DNA from: Sminthopsis crassicaudata
Lineage: Eukaryota
Direction of reading: 5' to 3'
Length of the DNA: 64,000 bases
NCBI RefSeq assembly: GCF_048593235.1
Contig: NC_133621.1
Location: 190,547,238 to 190,611,237 of the forward strand
Shown here: positions 62,073 through 64,000 of the stretch, piece by piece
Layout of the letters: each line of letters starts with the position of its first letter
How positions within the stretch are numbered: position 1 is the stretch's first letter
Translations under genes and position numbers: made by a program
The notes under the pieces: model-generated
Seen by the model: only the letters and a program-made list of their open reading frames with translations
The model's database searches: none
What the model was told of the DNA's origin: nothing

Positions 62073-62399
62073 CATGATAAATCCTTCCTTATATAACAAG
62101 GTTTTTTTGGAAATTGCTTAACAGGAAAAATAGTACTTCATAAAATGTTTGATGTAGCTAGTTCAATTATTTAATCAAGAGCTATGTGTAGGAACCAAAC
62201 TATATAGGTTCAAACACTAAGGTGAATGTATAGAAGGAATAAACTCAGAACATACATATTGGGAGATATCTCTATGAATGACTGGATAAGATAGGGAAAA
62301 GGAGCAATAGGGATTCTTCAAGAAATGTATTATATCAAACGTCTGTCCTTGACTAAGACTGACTCAGGACAATCTTCTGGTAGTTTAGTTCAGCAGAAT

Positions 62400-63640
62400 A
62401 GTAATAACAGAACAAAATGAGACCTATATAGATCATTCTACAGTTAATAAAAATTTTATCCCTATACCAAGATAAGGTCAAAAATGGGTTCATGATTTAG
62501 ACATAAAGGATGCTACTGTAAGCAAATTAGGAAAGCAAGAAACAATTTACCTGTCAGATCTTTGGAGAAGGGAAAAATTGATGACCAAATATGTAAAATG
62601 GATAATTCTGATTAAATTAGATTAAAAAGGGGTTGCACAAACAAAATCAAGGCAGCCAAAACTAGAAGGGAAACAGAAAGCTGGAAAACAATTTTTACAA
62701 CTAATGTTTCTGATAAAGGCCTAATTTCTAAAATATATAGAGAACTGAGTCAAATTTATAAGAATACAAATCATTCCCAAATTGAGAAATGGTCAAAGGA
62801 TATGAACAGAAAATTTTTGGATGAAGAAATCAAAACCAACATATGAAAAAAATGTTCTAAATAACTATCAATTAGAGAAATGAAAATTAAAACAACTCTG
62901 AGATATCACTTCACACCTATCAGATTGGGTAAGATGATAGAAAAAGGTAATGATGAATGTTGGAGGGAATGTGGAAAAACTGGAACACTAATGCATTATT
63001 GATGGAATTGTGAACTGATCCAGATGTTGTGGAGAATAATTTGGAACTATGGCCAAAGGGATATCACATTGTGCATACCCTTTGATCCAATAGTGCTTCT
63101 ATTAGGTCTGCATCCAAAAAAATCCTAAATAGAAAAAAGATCCATATGTGCAAAAAATGTTTGTAGCAGCTCTTTTTATAGTGCCAAAGAATTAGAAATT
63201 GAGTTGGGGTTCATTTGTTAGTAAATGACTGAATAAGTTATAGCACATGAATGCAATGAAATATTATTGTTCTATAAGAAATGATGAATAAGCTGGTTTC
63301 AGAAAAGCCTGGAAAGACATATGTACACTGATGCTCTAAAATGAGCAGAACCAGGTGAACGTTGTACCCAGTAACACTGGATAATGATCAGCTATCATAG
63401 ATTTAGTTCTTCTCAAGCAATACAATGATTCAAAACAGTTCCAATAGACTTGGGATGGAAAATGCCATCCTGCATCTAGAGAAAGAACTATGGAGACTGA
63501 ATAGAGATCAAAGCATCCTATTTTCATCTTTTTATTTTGTTTTTCTTCAGGTTTTTCCTTTTTTGTTTTGACTTTTCTTTTCTAACATGACTAATATGGA
63601 AATTATTTTTTAAATTATTGTATATGTATAACCTATAACA
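62400..63640 (+). mobile_element. L1 ORF2 C-terminal region plus 3' UTR
   Basis: aaacaactctgagatatcacttcacacctatcagattgg...gaatgttggagggaatgtggaaaaactggaacactaatgcatt. Confidence 0.95.
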
Positions 63641-64000
63641 GATTGATAGAAATAATTCTAGTCCCATACCACCCCCCTCTCTGAGGACAGTGTGACTTCC
63701 AGCCCTAATTTCCTACTTTCCCTCCAGGCAGGAATTCTACTTTGGACAAGGATGGGGGGAAGAAGATGCTAGCAACACCCCCCATGCTTTGTATGGAGGA
63801 TGGCCCTCACATATATAGCCTGACCACACATGGGATTATAAAAGAAACCATTTATATTGAAATACAGTTAAATGTTTTTAAAGACAAATTCATAACTGAT
63901 ACTGAGTGAAGCGAGCAGAATGAGAAGAGAAAGTTATGACGACCATCTATGATAGACTTAGCTCTTCTCAGTAATGTGGTGATCCAAGAGAATTTCAATA

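Noticed and set aside
1-64000. tRNA, rRNA, snRNA genes, CRISPR arrays, endogenous viral ORFs
   Set aside because: None recognised by eye on either strand. SINE heads are tRNA-derived but are not tRNA genes. A covariance-model or TBLASTN search was not possible.

Overview
AT-rich, CpG-depleted marsupial genomic DNA with six N-gaps. WSINE1 and MAR1 SINEs, marsupial L1/HAL1/RTE elements and an OC1-type hAT MITE point to an Australian dasyurid, probably Tasmanian devil (inference). Two genes lie on the + strand. The first is the 3' half of HEBP1 (coding exons 799-979 and 11539-11710; earlier exons are upstream of the window). The second is a complete GPRC5D (coding exons 30945-31824, 36374-36441, 37441-37512; 339 aa; probable non-coding first exon ending at 29808). 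This is the same order as the human HEBP1-GPRC5D-GPRC5A locus, but I could not find GPRC5A exons. The rest is mostly transposon relics (L1/HAL1, L2, L3/CR1, RTE/BovB, CORE-SINEs, hAT MITEs) and microsatellites. I found no evidence of a wholly new biological system. The best leads are: a GPRC5D exon-skipping stop with competing SINE-derived RNA duplexes around that exon; an overlapping uORF; an AP-1 palindrome over the HEBP1 stop codon plus ARE cores in its intron; an ETS palindrome next to a Z-DNA tract; horizontally transferred TE families; and nested or inverted insertions, several with readable TSDs. Repeat boundaries and subfamily names were assigned by eye and are approximate.
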